The position numbers and the translations under genes are program-made. From the NCBI GenBank assembly GCA_965116735.1, contig OZ220712.1, positions 87,378 to 151,377 of the forward strand: a DNA stretch of 64,000 bases. The letters are read 5' to 3'. Of this stretch, positions 52,758-62,109 are shown piece after piece; within the stretch, counting starts at the first letter, position 1; each line of letters begins with the position of its first letter. Under the pieces are notes generated by a model, which was not told where the DNA came from, ran no database searches, and saw nothing but the letters and a program-made list of their open reading frames with translations. This DNA is from Thermodesulfobacteriota bacterium (lineage in GTDB: Bacteria; Desulfobacterota; Binatia; UBA9968; JAJDTQ01).

Positions 52758-52936
52758 GGGAAAGCTCCTTCCTGCGGGTACGATGGACCGTCGTGTGGGC
52801 GACCGCCGGTCGCCCACACGGACTTCTTCCCGCGGGTACGACGTCCCCTTGTACGGGTGACGGCGGGTCGGCCCTGCGCATTCCTTCCTGGGGGTGTGGT
52901 GGACCCCTGTAGGGGCGACCGGCGGTCGCCCTTGCC

Positions 52937-53956
52937 TCAACCGCGTTCCTCCCGGTACAGCCCGAAGGCTTCCTTTACCGGGCGGTCGTTGACCGAGAAC
53001 AGGATGGCCTCGTCCCTGTTTCCGTTCTCGTGCTGGTGCCAGGACCACAGCGGCACGGTGAAGAAGTCGCCCTCGCTCCATTCCATGCGCCGGTCGTCGA
53101 CCATGGTTGAGCCGCTGCCGCGGAACACGTGGTAGATTGTCGTGCTGGTGTGGCGGTGCGAGCGCGTCTTCTCGCCGGGCCGGATCATCTGGATCTCGCA
53201 ACCGATGGTGCGCAACGTAAAGCCGCCGTTCCGGGGGTTCACGTAGCGCAGCAGCACCCCGTCGCACTCGTCGCCCGGCGTTGATGCCAGCGCCTTCAGC
53301 GATTCGTAGGTGGTCTCCCACGGGTAGCGGAAGGGCGGGTCCGGAAACTCCGAGAGCTGCTCCGGGGGTCGCGCCCAGCCGAACTGGTGCAGGCTGAAGT
53401 CGGGCATGGCCTCCACCGGTTGCTGTTTCTGGCTGAAGGGCTCCACCGCCATCACCTCCAGCGCCTTGAGCAGGGGGCCGTCATGGCCGTCCAGCCACAT
53501 GATGTTCTCGCCGGTTCCGTTGTAGTGGTCGTGCCAGGTCCACTGGGGCGTGAGGATCAGGTCGCCGGGATTCATGGTGAAGCGCTCGCCCTCCACCGTC
53601 GTGAAGGCGCCGCCGCCCCGTAGCACGAAGCGCAGCGCCGTCAGCGTATGGCGGTGGGCCTTGGCGATCTCTCCCGGCTTCACGAGCTGGATGGAGGTGT
53701 GCACCGTGTTGGTGGCGCCGGTGGTGCCGGGCACGCCGGGATTCAGGAGGCGGATGGTGCGCCGCTCCGACTGCTCCAGGCTTACGAGTTCCCCGGCCTG
53801 CAGCAGCCCGTTGTAGATATCGTCCCACTTCCACAGGTAGGGGACCACGGTGGTCCGGGGTTCCAGCACCTCGCCGTCGTTGTCGGTGATGTTGGAGGCC
53901 CAGAAACCCGCCAACTGTTTCGTGGCCAGATCCTTGTTGAGATCTTCGAGGTTCAT
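52937..53956 (-). CDS. Gentisate 1,2-dioxygenase-like bicupin ring-cleavage dioxygenase
   Basis: ERR..L.NPG, AHRHT..ALRF, GDLILTP.WTWHDH, HRHT, VP.W.WH.H. Confidence 0.85.
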   Translation of the reverse strand: MNLEDLNKDLATKQLAGFWASNITDNDGEVLEPRTTVVPYLWKWDDIYNGLLQAGELVSLEQSERRTIRLLNPGVPGTTGATNTVHTSIQLVKPGEIAKAHRHTLTALRFVLRGGGAFTTVEGERFTMNPGDLILTPQWTWHDHYNGTGENIMWLDGHDGPLLKALEVMAVEPFSQKQQPVEAMPDFSLHQFGWARPPEQLSEFPDPPFRYPWETTYESLKALASTPGDECDGVLLRYVNPRNGGFTLRTIGCEIQMIRPGEKTRSHRHTSTTIYHVFRGSGSTMVDDRRMEWSEGDFFTVPLWSWHQHENGNRDEAILFSVNDRPVKEAFGLYREERG

Positions 53957-54063
53957 GGTCGTCTCCTGCGCAGCCTTTGGTGCCGGTTTCCGTCAGGGGC
54001 GACCACGGGTCGCCCCTACGCACCCGAGCGATCAACCCCATGTAGGGGCGACCCGCGGTCGCC

Positions 54064-54771
54064 CTAGCCCTCGATACGCCGCATGACGTAGGCCATTCCG
54101 CCCCGGTAGGCCCGGTCCACGGCCATGCACTGCTTGGCGGCCCGCAGCACGGTGTCGTGGTCCTCCTGCGTGCGAACGTGCTTGTCGTAGACGCCGTCCA
54201 TCATGTCCGAATGGTCGGTGTCCGCGGTGGAATGCACGTCCAGCGAGATCATCCGCTTGAGGCTGATGCCCAGTTCGTTCTCGAACTTCCTGCCGATGCG
54301 GTAGGACATACCGCCGCCCTCGACGATGTCGGGGTTGTTGCGGCGCTCGAGCATCTGTGACGAGGTAAACGCGGCCAGCCATGGGCCCTTGATGGCGATG
54401 TGATGCCATGCGAGGAACGCGGCCTGCGTCATGGGCGGCGGCTCCGCCGTTTCGAAGTCCTCGCGCGTGAGGCCGATGACCTCGCCCTGCTTGACGTTCA
54501 GGGAGTAGTGATCCATCCCGGCACGCGGATCGTTGATCAGCTCGTCGCTCTCGTGCTGCCACACCAGGGACTTGACGTCCAGGGGAGAGGCGGCCTGCAC
54601 GTAGCCCCAGCAATCGCGGCGGTTCTTCGTGTAGAGAGCGTTCTGCACCACGTAGTAGCGCCCGCGCTCCATGGTCCAGGGCAACGTCAGCAGGTCCTGG
54701 AACTCGTCGGTCTCGAACTGGCGTCTGCACATATCGTTCAGGATGCTTTTGAGCTGTGCGATATCGGGCAT
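54064..54771 (-). CDS. Heme-oxygenase-like (PqqC/CADD-type) diiron protein, paralogue 2
   Basis: HESDEL..DH, LE, HSTADTDH ligand pattern. Confidence 0.75.
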   Translation of the reverse strand: MPDIAQLKSILNDMCRRQFETDEFQDLLTLPWTMERGRYYVVQNALYTKNRRDCWGYVQAASPLDVKSLVWQHESDELINDPRAGMDHYSLNVKQGEVIGLTREDFETAEPPPMTQAAFLAWHHIAIKGPWLAAFTSSQMLERRNNPDIVEGGGMSYRIGRKFENELGISLKRMISLDVHSTADTDHSDMMDGVYDKHVRTQEDHDTVLRAAKQCMAVDRAYRGGMAYVMRRIEG

Positions 54772-54817
54772 GGTCTCCGACTCCTCTTCGGCGCGCCGGG
54801 CGCCGTTTGTTCCGGGT

Positions 54818-55546
54818 TCAATCCAGCGCCTCCATCATGTTCGCCAGCTGTTCCCGGTAGGCCCGGTCGATCATGAGGCTCTCGCGCGCCCCCCGCAGCA
54901 GCGCCTGTTGCTCTTCCTCGGTATGGCAGTGTTCCCGCGCCACGGCGAGCAGGAGCTGGCCGTGCTCCACGTCGGCGGTGACGTGCTCGGCATTGTTGAT
55001 CTGCCGCTTCAGCGGAATCCCCAGGTCCCGTTCCAGGTTCTTGCCGACGCGGTACGAGAGCGAGCCGCCGCGCACCAGGTCGTCGGAGTTGCGCATCTCC
55101 AGAACCGCCGACGCCGCGATGGCCTCGCGCCAGGGCCGATCCTTGGCCAGGTGGATCCACGCGTAGAAGCACGCCACTGCCGCGTCCAGCGGCCGCACCC
55201 GCTCGTAGTCCTCGGGGGAGAGCCCGAAGATCTTCCCCTCCTGCACCGCCAGCGTGATGTGGTCCACCTTGCCCGCGGCCTTGTCGCCCATCAACTCCTC
55301 GCCCTCGTGCTCCCAGATGAGCCGCTTGACGCTCAGCGGTGCCGCCCCCGCCACGAACGCCCAACAGTCGCGTCGGTTGGCCACGTAGTGCTTCATCTGG
55401 ATGGACAGGGCCTGGGCGCGCGCCTGGTTGAACCGCAGGTCCAGCAGCCGCCGGAAGGGCGGGGTCTCGAACTGCCGGTTCACCAGCTCCACCAGTTCCT
55501 GCCAGACGCTCTCCACGCCGTTCTGTTTTGCAGCGTGCGTTTCCAT
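54818..55546 (-). CDS. Heme-oxygenase-like (PqqC/CADD-type) diiron protein, paralogue 1
   Basis: HEGEEL..DH, LE, HVTADVEH; shares NRRDCW and DRAYR with its neighbour. Confidence 0.75.
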   Translation of the reverse strand: METHAAKQNGVESVWQELVELVNRQFETPPFRRLLDLRFNQARAQALSIQMKHYVANRRDCWAFVAGAAPLSVKRLIWEHEGEELMGDKAAGKVDHITLAVQEGKIFGLSPEDYERVRPLDAAVACFYAWIHLAKDRPWREAIAASAVLEMRNSDDLVRGGSLSYRVGKNLERDLGIPLKRQINNAEHVTADVEHGQLLLAVAREHCHTEEEQQALLRGARESLMIDRAYREQLANMMEALD

Positions 55547-55565
55547 GCGGCTTCCCTCGGACGCC

Positions 55566-56600
55566 CTACTTTCCCTTGACCAGCCGCTCGAGCCGCGCCT
55601 TCGCCCCCGGCCCGATGGAAAAGACCTGCTTTACCAGGCCCAGGATCTCGGTGCCCGACAGGTACGAGATCTCGATGCCGATCTTCCTGGACGCCGCCTT
55701 GAACTCCGGGTCGTCCAGGGTGTTCTTGAAGGCGGTCTGCAGCGCCGTCAGCCGGTCCTTCGGGATGCCCGGCGGCGTCACGTAGGCACGGAAGAGCTTG
55801 TACGGCGCCAGCCACGCCTCGTAGGCCGCGCGCTCGTCGGCGTTCTTGATGTGGTCGGCGAACAGCGGCAGGTCCTTGAGCACCGGCTCGTTCTTGTCGC
55901 CGCTGGTGAGGAAGGGGATCAGCCGGTCGCCTTCCTTGCCCTTGAGCATTTCCGTGGCCTGGATCCGCACCGACTCCCACGAAGAGCAGTAGCCGTCCAC
56001 CTCCTTGCGCCCCACCGCCGCGCGGATCTGCGCCGTGCCGTTGTACCCCCGGACGACGTTGATCTTGCCGCCCACGAAATCCCGCAGGATCAGCGGGGTG
56101 TCGCGGGTGAGGGTGCCCGCGGATCCGAAGTTGATGGGCTTCGGGGCGTTCAGGATTCCCTTGAGGTCGGTCACCCCGGTGCGCGACATCACCATGCACG
56201 TGGGCGTGGCCTTGCCGGCGCTGCCCAGCCAGCCGAACTTGGCATTGTCGAACCGGATGCCCTTCTCGCCGAGCACCTGCTTCATCACCAGCCCGCTGTT
56301 GGTCGCGCCGATTACCGAGCCGTCGCGCTTGGCGACGTTGTAGACGTAGTTCATGGCGATGGCGAAACCGGCGCCGGGCATGTTCTGGACGATGATCTTC
56401 GGTTCGCCCGGGATGTGCTTCGTGAGGGTGCGGGCGATGGTGCGGGCGTAGGTGTCGAAGCCTCCTCCCGGAGACGCGCCCAGGATGAACCGCAGAGTCT
56501 TGCCCTTGTAGAACCCTGCCACTTCGGCGCCTGCCGTGGCCGTCACGCCCACGCACAGCAGCAACGAGAAGACCGCAGCCAGTCGGAATGGGTGTCGCAT
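55566..56600 (-). CDS. TctC/Bug-type substrate-binding protein
   Basis: Signal peptide, PGGGFDTYAR, NMPGAG, GYNG, EVDG; start ATG 56600. Confidence 0.88.
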   Translation of the reverse strand: MRHPFRLAAVFSLLLCVGVTATAGAEVAGFYKGKTLRFILGASPGGGFDTYARTIARTLTKHIPGEPKIIVQNMPGAGFAIAMNYVYNVAKRDGSVIGATNSGLVMKQVLGEKGIRFDNAKFGWLGSAGKATPTCMVMSRTGVTDLKGILNAPKPINFGSAGTLTRDTPLILRDFVGGKINVVRGYNGTAQIRAAVGRKEVDGYCSSWESVRIQATEMLKGKEGDRLIPFLTSGDKNEPVLKDLPLFADHIKNADERAAYEAWLAPYKLFRAYVTPPGIPKDRLTALQTAFKNTLDDPEFKAASRKIGIEISYLSGTEILGLVKQVFSIGPGAKARLERLVKGK

Positions 56601-56647
56601 GGCAAATCCCCCTGCCGGTGAACCGGGCGTGGCGCCCGTCGCCGGTG

Positions 56648-58096
56648 TCACAGTCGGTCCGCCCATTTCTTGCGGACCTCGGCCTTGTATTCGTCGCTCA
56701 CGGTCGAGATCTTCGGGAACTCGTCCTTCCAACTGTAGGGCCGGCACGCGTCCACCACCATGCAGGAGGTGGTCAGTTCCCGGCGCTGTTTGTCCTCCGG
56801 CGAAAGGCGCGGGTTCAGGATGCTGGCGGCGACGTCGAGGATCTCGGAGTCGGTTCGGGGGTCCCAGCGGGTGGACATGGCCCAGAGCACCTCGCCCATG
56901 TTGGTGATGTCCACGTCCTCGTCCACCACGATGACCATGCGCACGTCGCGCCCGCCGTCCCGGGTGGAGAGGACGCCGTAGCCCGCCTGCTTGGCGTGGC
57001 CCGAGTAGCGCTGCTTGATGGCCACGGTGACCACGAAGCGGCCCTGCCGCGGAAACCACACCCCCTGCACCTCGGGGATGCCGGCGCGCTCCAGCGACGA
57101 CCAGATGTTGGCCGAGCGGATGTACTTGTGGGCCTCGCTGTTGAGGTAGGTCCGGAGCGGCGGGTCGCCGGTGATGATGGGGTCGTCGCGGTGATAGACG
57201 GCCTCCACCTTCACCACCGGAGCCTGCCGCGAACCCGAGGCGTAGTATCCGGGCCACTCGCCGAACGGCCCCTCCTCGTGGGACTCCTGCTCCGGCGGCG
57301 GAATGCGCCCTTCGAGCACGATGTCCGCGAAAGCGGGCACGGGCAGTCCCGTCTTCTGTCCCTTGATGACCGGGACCGGGGTCTCCAGGAGGCCCCCCAG
57401 GAAATCGTACTCGCTCATGTTCCAGGGAATGCCCACGGCGCTCGCGGTCATCATGCCCGGCGGCAGGCCGCACACGACGGCCACCGGGCAGCTATCGCCC
57501 CGTGCCCAGTACTTCCGGGTGATGAGGTCGCCGTGCTTTCCAGGGATCATCCACACGCCGACCGTGTTCTCGTCATGGACCTGGACGCGGTAGGTGCCGA
57601 CGTTGACGTAGCCGGTGTCGGGATCGCGGCAGACCGTGGCCGTGAAGGTGCCGATGTAGCGGCCGCCGTCGTCCGCGTGCCACTTGGGAGTGGGGAACTT
57701 GAGCACGTTGACGTCGCCGTCGAAGGCGACGTTCTCCAGCAGCGGCGACTCGCTGATCTCGGTGGGGGGCACGGGCTTCAGGTCCTGGAGCCGGCCCTTG
57801 ACCGCCCGGACGACGTCCAGGCCGCGGACGTCCGGCGGCATGCCCAGGGCCAGGGCGTCGGATTCCGGGGACCGGAGGACGTTGCTCAGCACGCGGTACC
57901 CTTCCGGATGGTCCGGGACGGCGTCGAGGAGCAGCGCCGAGCCCTCGCCGGATTCCGCCGCTATCTCGGTGAGCGCGCCGATCTCCAGGTCCCAGTGGGC
58001 GCCCTTGATCTGTTTGAGCTTCCCGGCCTGCCTGAGCCGGTCGATGAAAGTCCGCAGGTTCAGGGCCGCTTCAACGTCCCGTGGCTCGCTCGTCAT
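56648..58096 (-). CDS. UbiD-family prFMN-dependent (de)carboxylase
   Basis: DGGRYIGT, NVGTYR, EGPFGEWPGYY, VVDEDVD..V.WA..TR; start ATG 58096. Confidence 0.92.
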   Translation of the reverse strand: MTSEPRDVEAALNLRTFIDRLRQAGKLKQIKGAHWDLEIGALTEIAAESGEGSALLLDAVPDHPEGYRVLSNVLRSPESDALALGMPPDVRGLDVVRAVKGRLQDLKPVPPTEISESPLLENVAFDGDVNVLKFPTPKWHADDGGRYIGTFTATVCRDPDTGYVNVGTYRVQVHDENTVGVWMIPGKHGDLITRKYWARGDSCPVAVVCGLPPGMMTASAVGIPWNMSEYDFLGGLLETPVPVIKGQKTGLPVPAFADIVLEGRIPPPEQESHEEGPFGEWPGYYASGSRQAPVVKVEAVYHRDDPIITGDPPLRTYLNSEAHKYIRSANIWSSLERAGIPEVQGVWFPRQGRFVVTVAIKQRYSGHAKQAGYGVLSTRDGGRDVRMVIVVDEDVDITNMGEVLWAMSTRWDPRTDSEILDVAASILNPRLSPEDKQRRELTTSCMVVDACRPYSWKDEFPKISTVSDEYKAEVRKKWADRL

Positions 58097-58326
58097 GCAT
58101 CCATCTCCGTGGCGCTGGCGTCCAGCCGTCGATCCGTGACCGTCATCATGGCCATCCATAGGCCCTATAGGCCCACGGCGGGCGGCTGTCAACCTGGACA
58201 TCCGGCCCTATTTTGTCTAAGCGTTGTAGGGGCGGGCTCCAAACCCGCCCGCTCCCGGCCACGACCGACACCGCCGCCGGACAGGGCTCAGGACCCAGCC
58301 ACTCCAGAGGAGGTCGAGAAGCAGAA

Positions 58327-58923
58327 ATGGCACAGATCACCGACCCGTTGCGGCAGCACGATTGGAACTCCGAGGAATACGTCGAGGATTGGGCGCAGCG
58401 CCAGATGCGCAACGAGACGTTGCGGGCCCGGCAGTTCGCGCTCATCGCGAGCCTGGTGCCGTTCGACAAGGACGCGGCCTTCCGGTTCATGGATGTCGGG
58501 TGCGGCTACGGGGCGCTCAGCAAGTTTCTGCTGGAAACCTTCCCCGAGTGCACGGCGGTGTGCCACGACGGCTCGGCGGCCATGGCCAAGCTGGGCGGCG
58601 AACGCATGAAGGATTTCGAGGGGCGCTTCGAGTACGTCATCTCCGATTTCAGCAAGAAGGACTGGAGCCGGGTGGCCGACGGCGAGTTCGATCTCGTGGT
58701 CTCGTGCAACGCCATCCACAACGTCCGGGTCGGAGAGACCATCAAGGCCGTCTACGAGGAGATCTTCGGACGGCTGCGGTCCGGCGGCCGGTTCTTCAAC
58801 CTCGATCGCGGCTCGGCGTCGATGGACGACCAGCTCGCCTGGTTCAGGAGCGCCGGCTTCCAGAACGTGGCGTGCCATCAGAAGAGCTCCGGACTCTCCC
58901 TCTACGGCGGCTCCAGGCCCTGA
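58327..58923 (+). CDS. Class I SAM-dependent methyltransferase
   Basis: MDVGCGYG, FDLVVS..AIH, GGRFFNLD. Confidence 0.85.
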   Translation: MAQITDPLRQHDWNSEEYVEDWAQRQMRNETLRARQFALIASLVPFDKDAAFRFMDVGCGYGALSKFLLETFPECTAVCHDGSAAMAKLGGERMKDFEGRFEYVISDFSKKDWSRVADGEFDLVVSCNAIHNVRVGETIKAVYEEIFGRLRSGGRFFNLDRGSASMDDQLAWFRSAGFQNVACHQKSSGLSLYGGSRP

Positions 58924-58950
58924 CTCTTTCCGGCTCCGGGTCCATTCTCG

Positions 58951-60126
58951 ATGACGGGCGCACGGGCCGGCAGCCTCGCACTTCTTTACAGCACGGTCCT
59001 GCTCATGAGCCTGGGGCAGGGCATGGTGTTCCCGACCATCCCGTTGCTGGCGGAGTCCTTCGCGGTGTCGGCCGGGCTGGCGGTGCAGGTGGTGACCGCC
59101 CACGCCCTTGGCCGCACTATCATCCTGATTCCCGCGGGCCTGCTCATCGATCGCTACGGCGCCAAGACCGCCATGCTGGCGGGAAGCGCCCTGGTGCTGA
59201 CCGGCGCCTTCATGACCGCCGTCACCCCCTACTTCGTTCTGCTCTGTTTCGGGCAGTTCCTGGCCGGCCTGGGCGACAGCGTCTGGACCATGGGGCGGGA
59301 AGTGTCCGGGGTCGAGATGGTGCCTCAACGCCAGCGGGGGCGCCTGTTGAGCGGCTTCATGGGGGTCAAGTCGGCGGGCATGGCCATCGGCCCGGTGGCG
59401 GGCGGGATCATCGCCCAGTGGCTGGGGTTCAGGATGGTGTTCACGGTCTACGCGGCCGTCGCGTTGGGCGTGTTCGTGACCGCGGTGCTGGCACGGAAGG
59501 ACAGGGCGCGCGGGCACGTTGGCAAGATCGCCTGGTGGGGGAAGGTCTCGGACGTCCTTCCCGGCCTCCGCGCCACGTTCGTGGCCGTGGTGATCGCGAC
59601 CTTCAGCATGCAGATGTACCGCACCACGCTTCAGGGCATGCTGCCGCTGTACGCGGGCGTGGAACTGGGTTTCTCCGCGGCCCACGTGGGCGGCCTGTTC
59701 GGCGTATCCGGCGTGTTCGTCCTGCTCATGATCCTGCCCGCGGGCTTCATCACCGACCGCGTCGGGCGAAAGTTCGCGAGCGTGCCCAGCACGGCCTTGC
59801 CGGGCATCGCCTTCCTGGCCTTTCCGTTTGCCTCGACCCTGCCCCAACTCACGGTCATCATGGTGGTCATCGGCCTCGCCCAGGGGATGTCCCTGGGCGC
59901 CCTGGCGGTGTCCACCTACGACGTGATCCCGGCGGAGGCCCGGGGACGCCTGCAGGGGCTCCGCCGCACCGTGGGCGAGTCCGGCGCGGTGATGGGTCCG
60001 CTGGTGGGCGGCTGGCTCGTGGACCTCGTGAGCGCCGGCAGGACGTTCCTCATCTACGCGCCTATCCTGCTTGGGGCCGCCGCCGGGCTGGCCTTCGTGG
60101 CCAGGGAGACGCTCGAACGGAGGTGA
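58951..60126 (+). CDS. MFS transporter
   Basis: About 12 hydrophobic segments, G.LIDRYG and G..TDRVGRK motif A. Confidence 0.9.
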   Translation: MTGARAGSLALLYSTVLLMSLGQGMVFPTIPLLAESFAVSAGLAVQVVTAHALGRTIILIPAGLLIDRYGAKTAMLAGSALVLTGAFMTAVTPYFVLLCFGQFLAGLGDSVWTMGREVSGVEMVPQRQRGRLLSGFMGVKSAGMAIGPVAGGIIAQWLGFRMVFTVYAAVALGVFVTAVLARKDRARGHVGKIAWWGKVSDVLPGLRATFVAVVIATFSMQMYRTTLQGMLPLYAGVELGFSAAHVGGLFGVSGVFVLLMILPAGFITDRVGRKFASVPSTALPGIAFLAFPFASTLPQLTVIMVVIGLAQGMSLGALAVSTYDVIPAEARGRLQGLRRTVGESGAVMGPLVGGWLVDLVSAGRTFLIYAPILLGAAAGLAFVARETLERR

Positions 60127-60210
60127 GGAGGGCGCCGCGGGCCGCGGCCGTTGCGGCGGGCGGCGCGGCGTAGCATCCTGGAAGGGGAGTTCCGGAACGG
60201 GAGAGAGACC

Positions 60211-60672
60211 ATGGCGGAGAAGACGCCCGAATCAACGGCCGGCGAATGGCAGTACCAGCTACGCGTCGATCTGGCGGATGAAGCCGCCGAGGCCGCGCGG
60301 GCGGGCGAAAGCCATCCGGCCCTTGAACCGCTCACCGGCATACTCGCGAGGCACAACGCGGCGCTGCAATGCCAGTACGACGCCTTCGCCGGCTATTGCG
60401 CCGAGGCCGAACAGCAGGGCGTCGACAAGTACCCGCTCTACGCTTGGACCAAGGCCACCATTGAAGACCCGGTCAAAAAGGCCAGGTACGTAACATCCTT
60501 CACGCTGTACGTGGACGGAGACCAGGTCTACTCCAAGGCCAAGGCAGACGCGCTGGAGGCGGATCTGCGGCCCCTGGTGGGCGGCGCGGCGGTGACGGCG
60601 ATGGCGAAACTCGACACCAATCCCGCCAACAACCCGCAGCCGCCGAAACGCTACCGCGCCGGAAAACGGTAA
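60211..60672 (+). CDS. Hypothetical protein (153 aa)
   Basis: Host-like codon usage and plausible RBS; no family recognised. Confidence 0.65.
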   Translation: MAEKTPESTAGEWQYQLRVDLADEAAEAARAGESHPALEPLTGILARHNAALQCQYDAFAGYCAEAEQQGVDKYPLYAWTKATIEDPVKKARYVTSFTLYVDGDQVYSKAKADALEADLRPLVGGAAVTAMAKLDTNPANNPQPPKRYRAGKR

Positions 60673-60856
60673 TCGATTTCGGACGAACAGCGCCTATTCT
60701 AAGTGTTTTGGTACACGGTTAATCGATTCCGGATGTCCAAGAGTAACCATGATTCCTGGAGCGCCGCTCTGTTGACAACCAGCCCTCGCTCAAAATATGG
60801 ATAGCCCAGTTCCTCGATGTGACGGAAGGCCGCAGTGATTCTGGGAGGTAACGACG

Positions 60857-61981
60857 ATGAGAGTTCTTTCCGGGCGATTTGACATGGGTCTTCCTTGGCC
60901 GCGCGCCGCCGCCGTCGCGACGGCCGCGGGAATGGTACTGGCGTCGATCGGCATGACGGCGGCGCAGGCGTCCGCCCAGACGGGCGGCGACGCGCTCAAG
61001 CAACTGGTTGCCGCGGCACAAAAGGAAGGCGAGCTGAACGTCTTCGGCTCGGGGGACTGGAACTCTCCCAAGCTCATGGCGGCACTGGAGAAGGGACTCA
61101 ACAAGACCTACGGCATCAACATCCAGCTCAAGACGACCCCCGGCCCCAGCGCGTCGAAGCTGATGCCGCGGATCATCGACGAGGCCAAGACCGGCCGCCC
61201 TGCCAGCACGGACGTCTTCTTCGCCCCTTCGCGCCAGACGATCCCCTCGGATCAGGCCGGCGCGCTCCTGCGCGTGGACTGGAAGAAGCTCATGCCAGGG
61301 TTGAGGGACGAGGAGATCGGCATCAACGGTGCGGCCGTGGTCATCGGCGCCTCGATTCACATCATTGGCTACAACACCAACCTCGTGAAGGCCAGGGACC
61401 TGCCGAAGTCGTACAAGGACTTCACCGACCCCAAGTACAAGGGCAAGATCGGCACCACGGTCTTTGCCGTCGGCTGGGTAGAGGCGGCGATCCACCTGGG
61501 TGAGGAAGAGGCCACCCGCATCGTCGACGCCATGGTCGCCAACGGCACCATCATCGGCACCACCCGCACGGGCGTCCACAACCGCGTGGCCACGGGCGAG
61601 TTCCCGATATTTGCCTTCGACACCAAGCCGGTGGCCTACTCGCGCCTCAAGGCCAAGGGAGGGCCGGTGGACTACGCCACCATGGACGATTTCATGTCGG
61701 GCACCGCCAGCGAGGTCAGCGTGCCGAAGACGAGCGCGCATCCCAATCTCGCCAAGCTCCTGTCGGTCTACATGCTGACCAAGCAGGGCCAGGACACCAT
61801 CTGGAAGGTGATCGGGCGCGATTCGCCGTTCCGCGCCGGCTCGCAGCTCAACAAGCTGGTGGAGAGCAAGCGCGCCGCCGGCGCCAAAATCTACTTCGGC
61901 ACCGACCAGAACGTGGTGAAGAACGCCTACTTCTACCGCAAGGTCTCCCGGAAGCTCGCCAAGAAACTGCGCGGGAACTAG
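60857..61981 (+). CDS. ABC-transporter extracellular solute-binding protein (Fe3+/thiamine/spermidine-like)
   Basis: Signal peptide, AAQKEGEL, YNTNLV..LPKSY.D.TDPKYKGK, HPNLAKL. Confidence 0.8.
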   Translation: MRVLSGRFDMGLPWPRAAAVATAAGMVLASIGMTAAQASAQTGGDALKQLVAAAQKEGELNVFGSGDWNSPKLMAALEKGLNKTYGINIQLKTTPGPSASKLMPRIIDEAKTGRPASTDVFFAPSRQTIPSDQAGALLRVDWKKLMPGLRDEEIGINGAAVVIGASIHIIGYNTNLVKARDLPKSYKDFTDPKYKGKIGTTVFAVGWVEAAIHLGEEEATRIVDAMVANGTIIGTTRTGVHNRVATGEFPIFAFDTKPVAYSRLKAKGGPVDYATMDDFMSGTASEVSVPKTSAHPNLAKLLSVYMLTKQGQDTIWKVIGRDSPFRAGSQLNKLVESKRAAGAKIYFGTDQNVVKNAYFYRKVSRKLAKKLRGN

Positions 61982-62109
61982 GTGTCTTTGCCGACGCCAC
62001 GGTGCGGCCCGGGCGCGGGCGGGTTTGAAACCCGCCCCTACAAGATTCTGCGGCGCAGACCTACAGCGTGCGTGCCGTTCGCCGCCCACACGGCGGCAGG
62101 GACAGGAGC

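Noticed and set aside
52793-54065. Clustered 25-28 bp palindromic repeats that might suggest a CRISPR array
   Set aside because: Irregular spacing, mixed orientation, separated by genes and no cas genes; they are GTAG-type REPs
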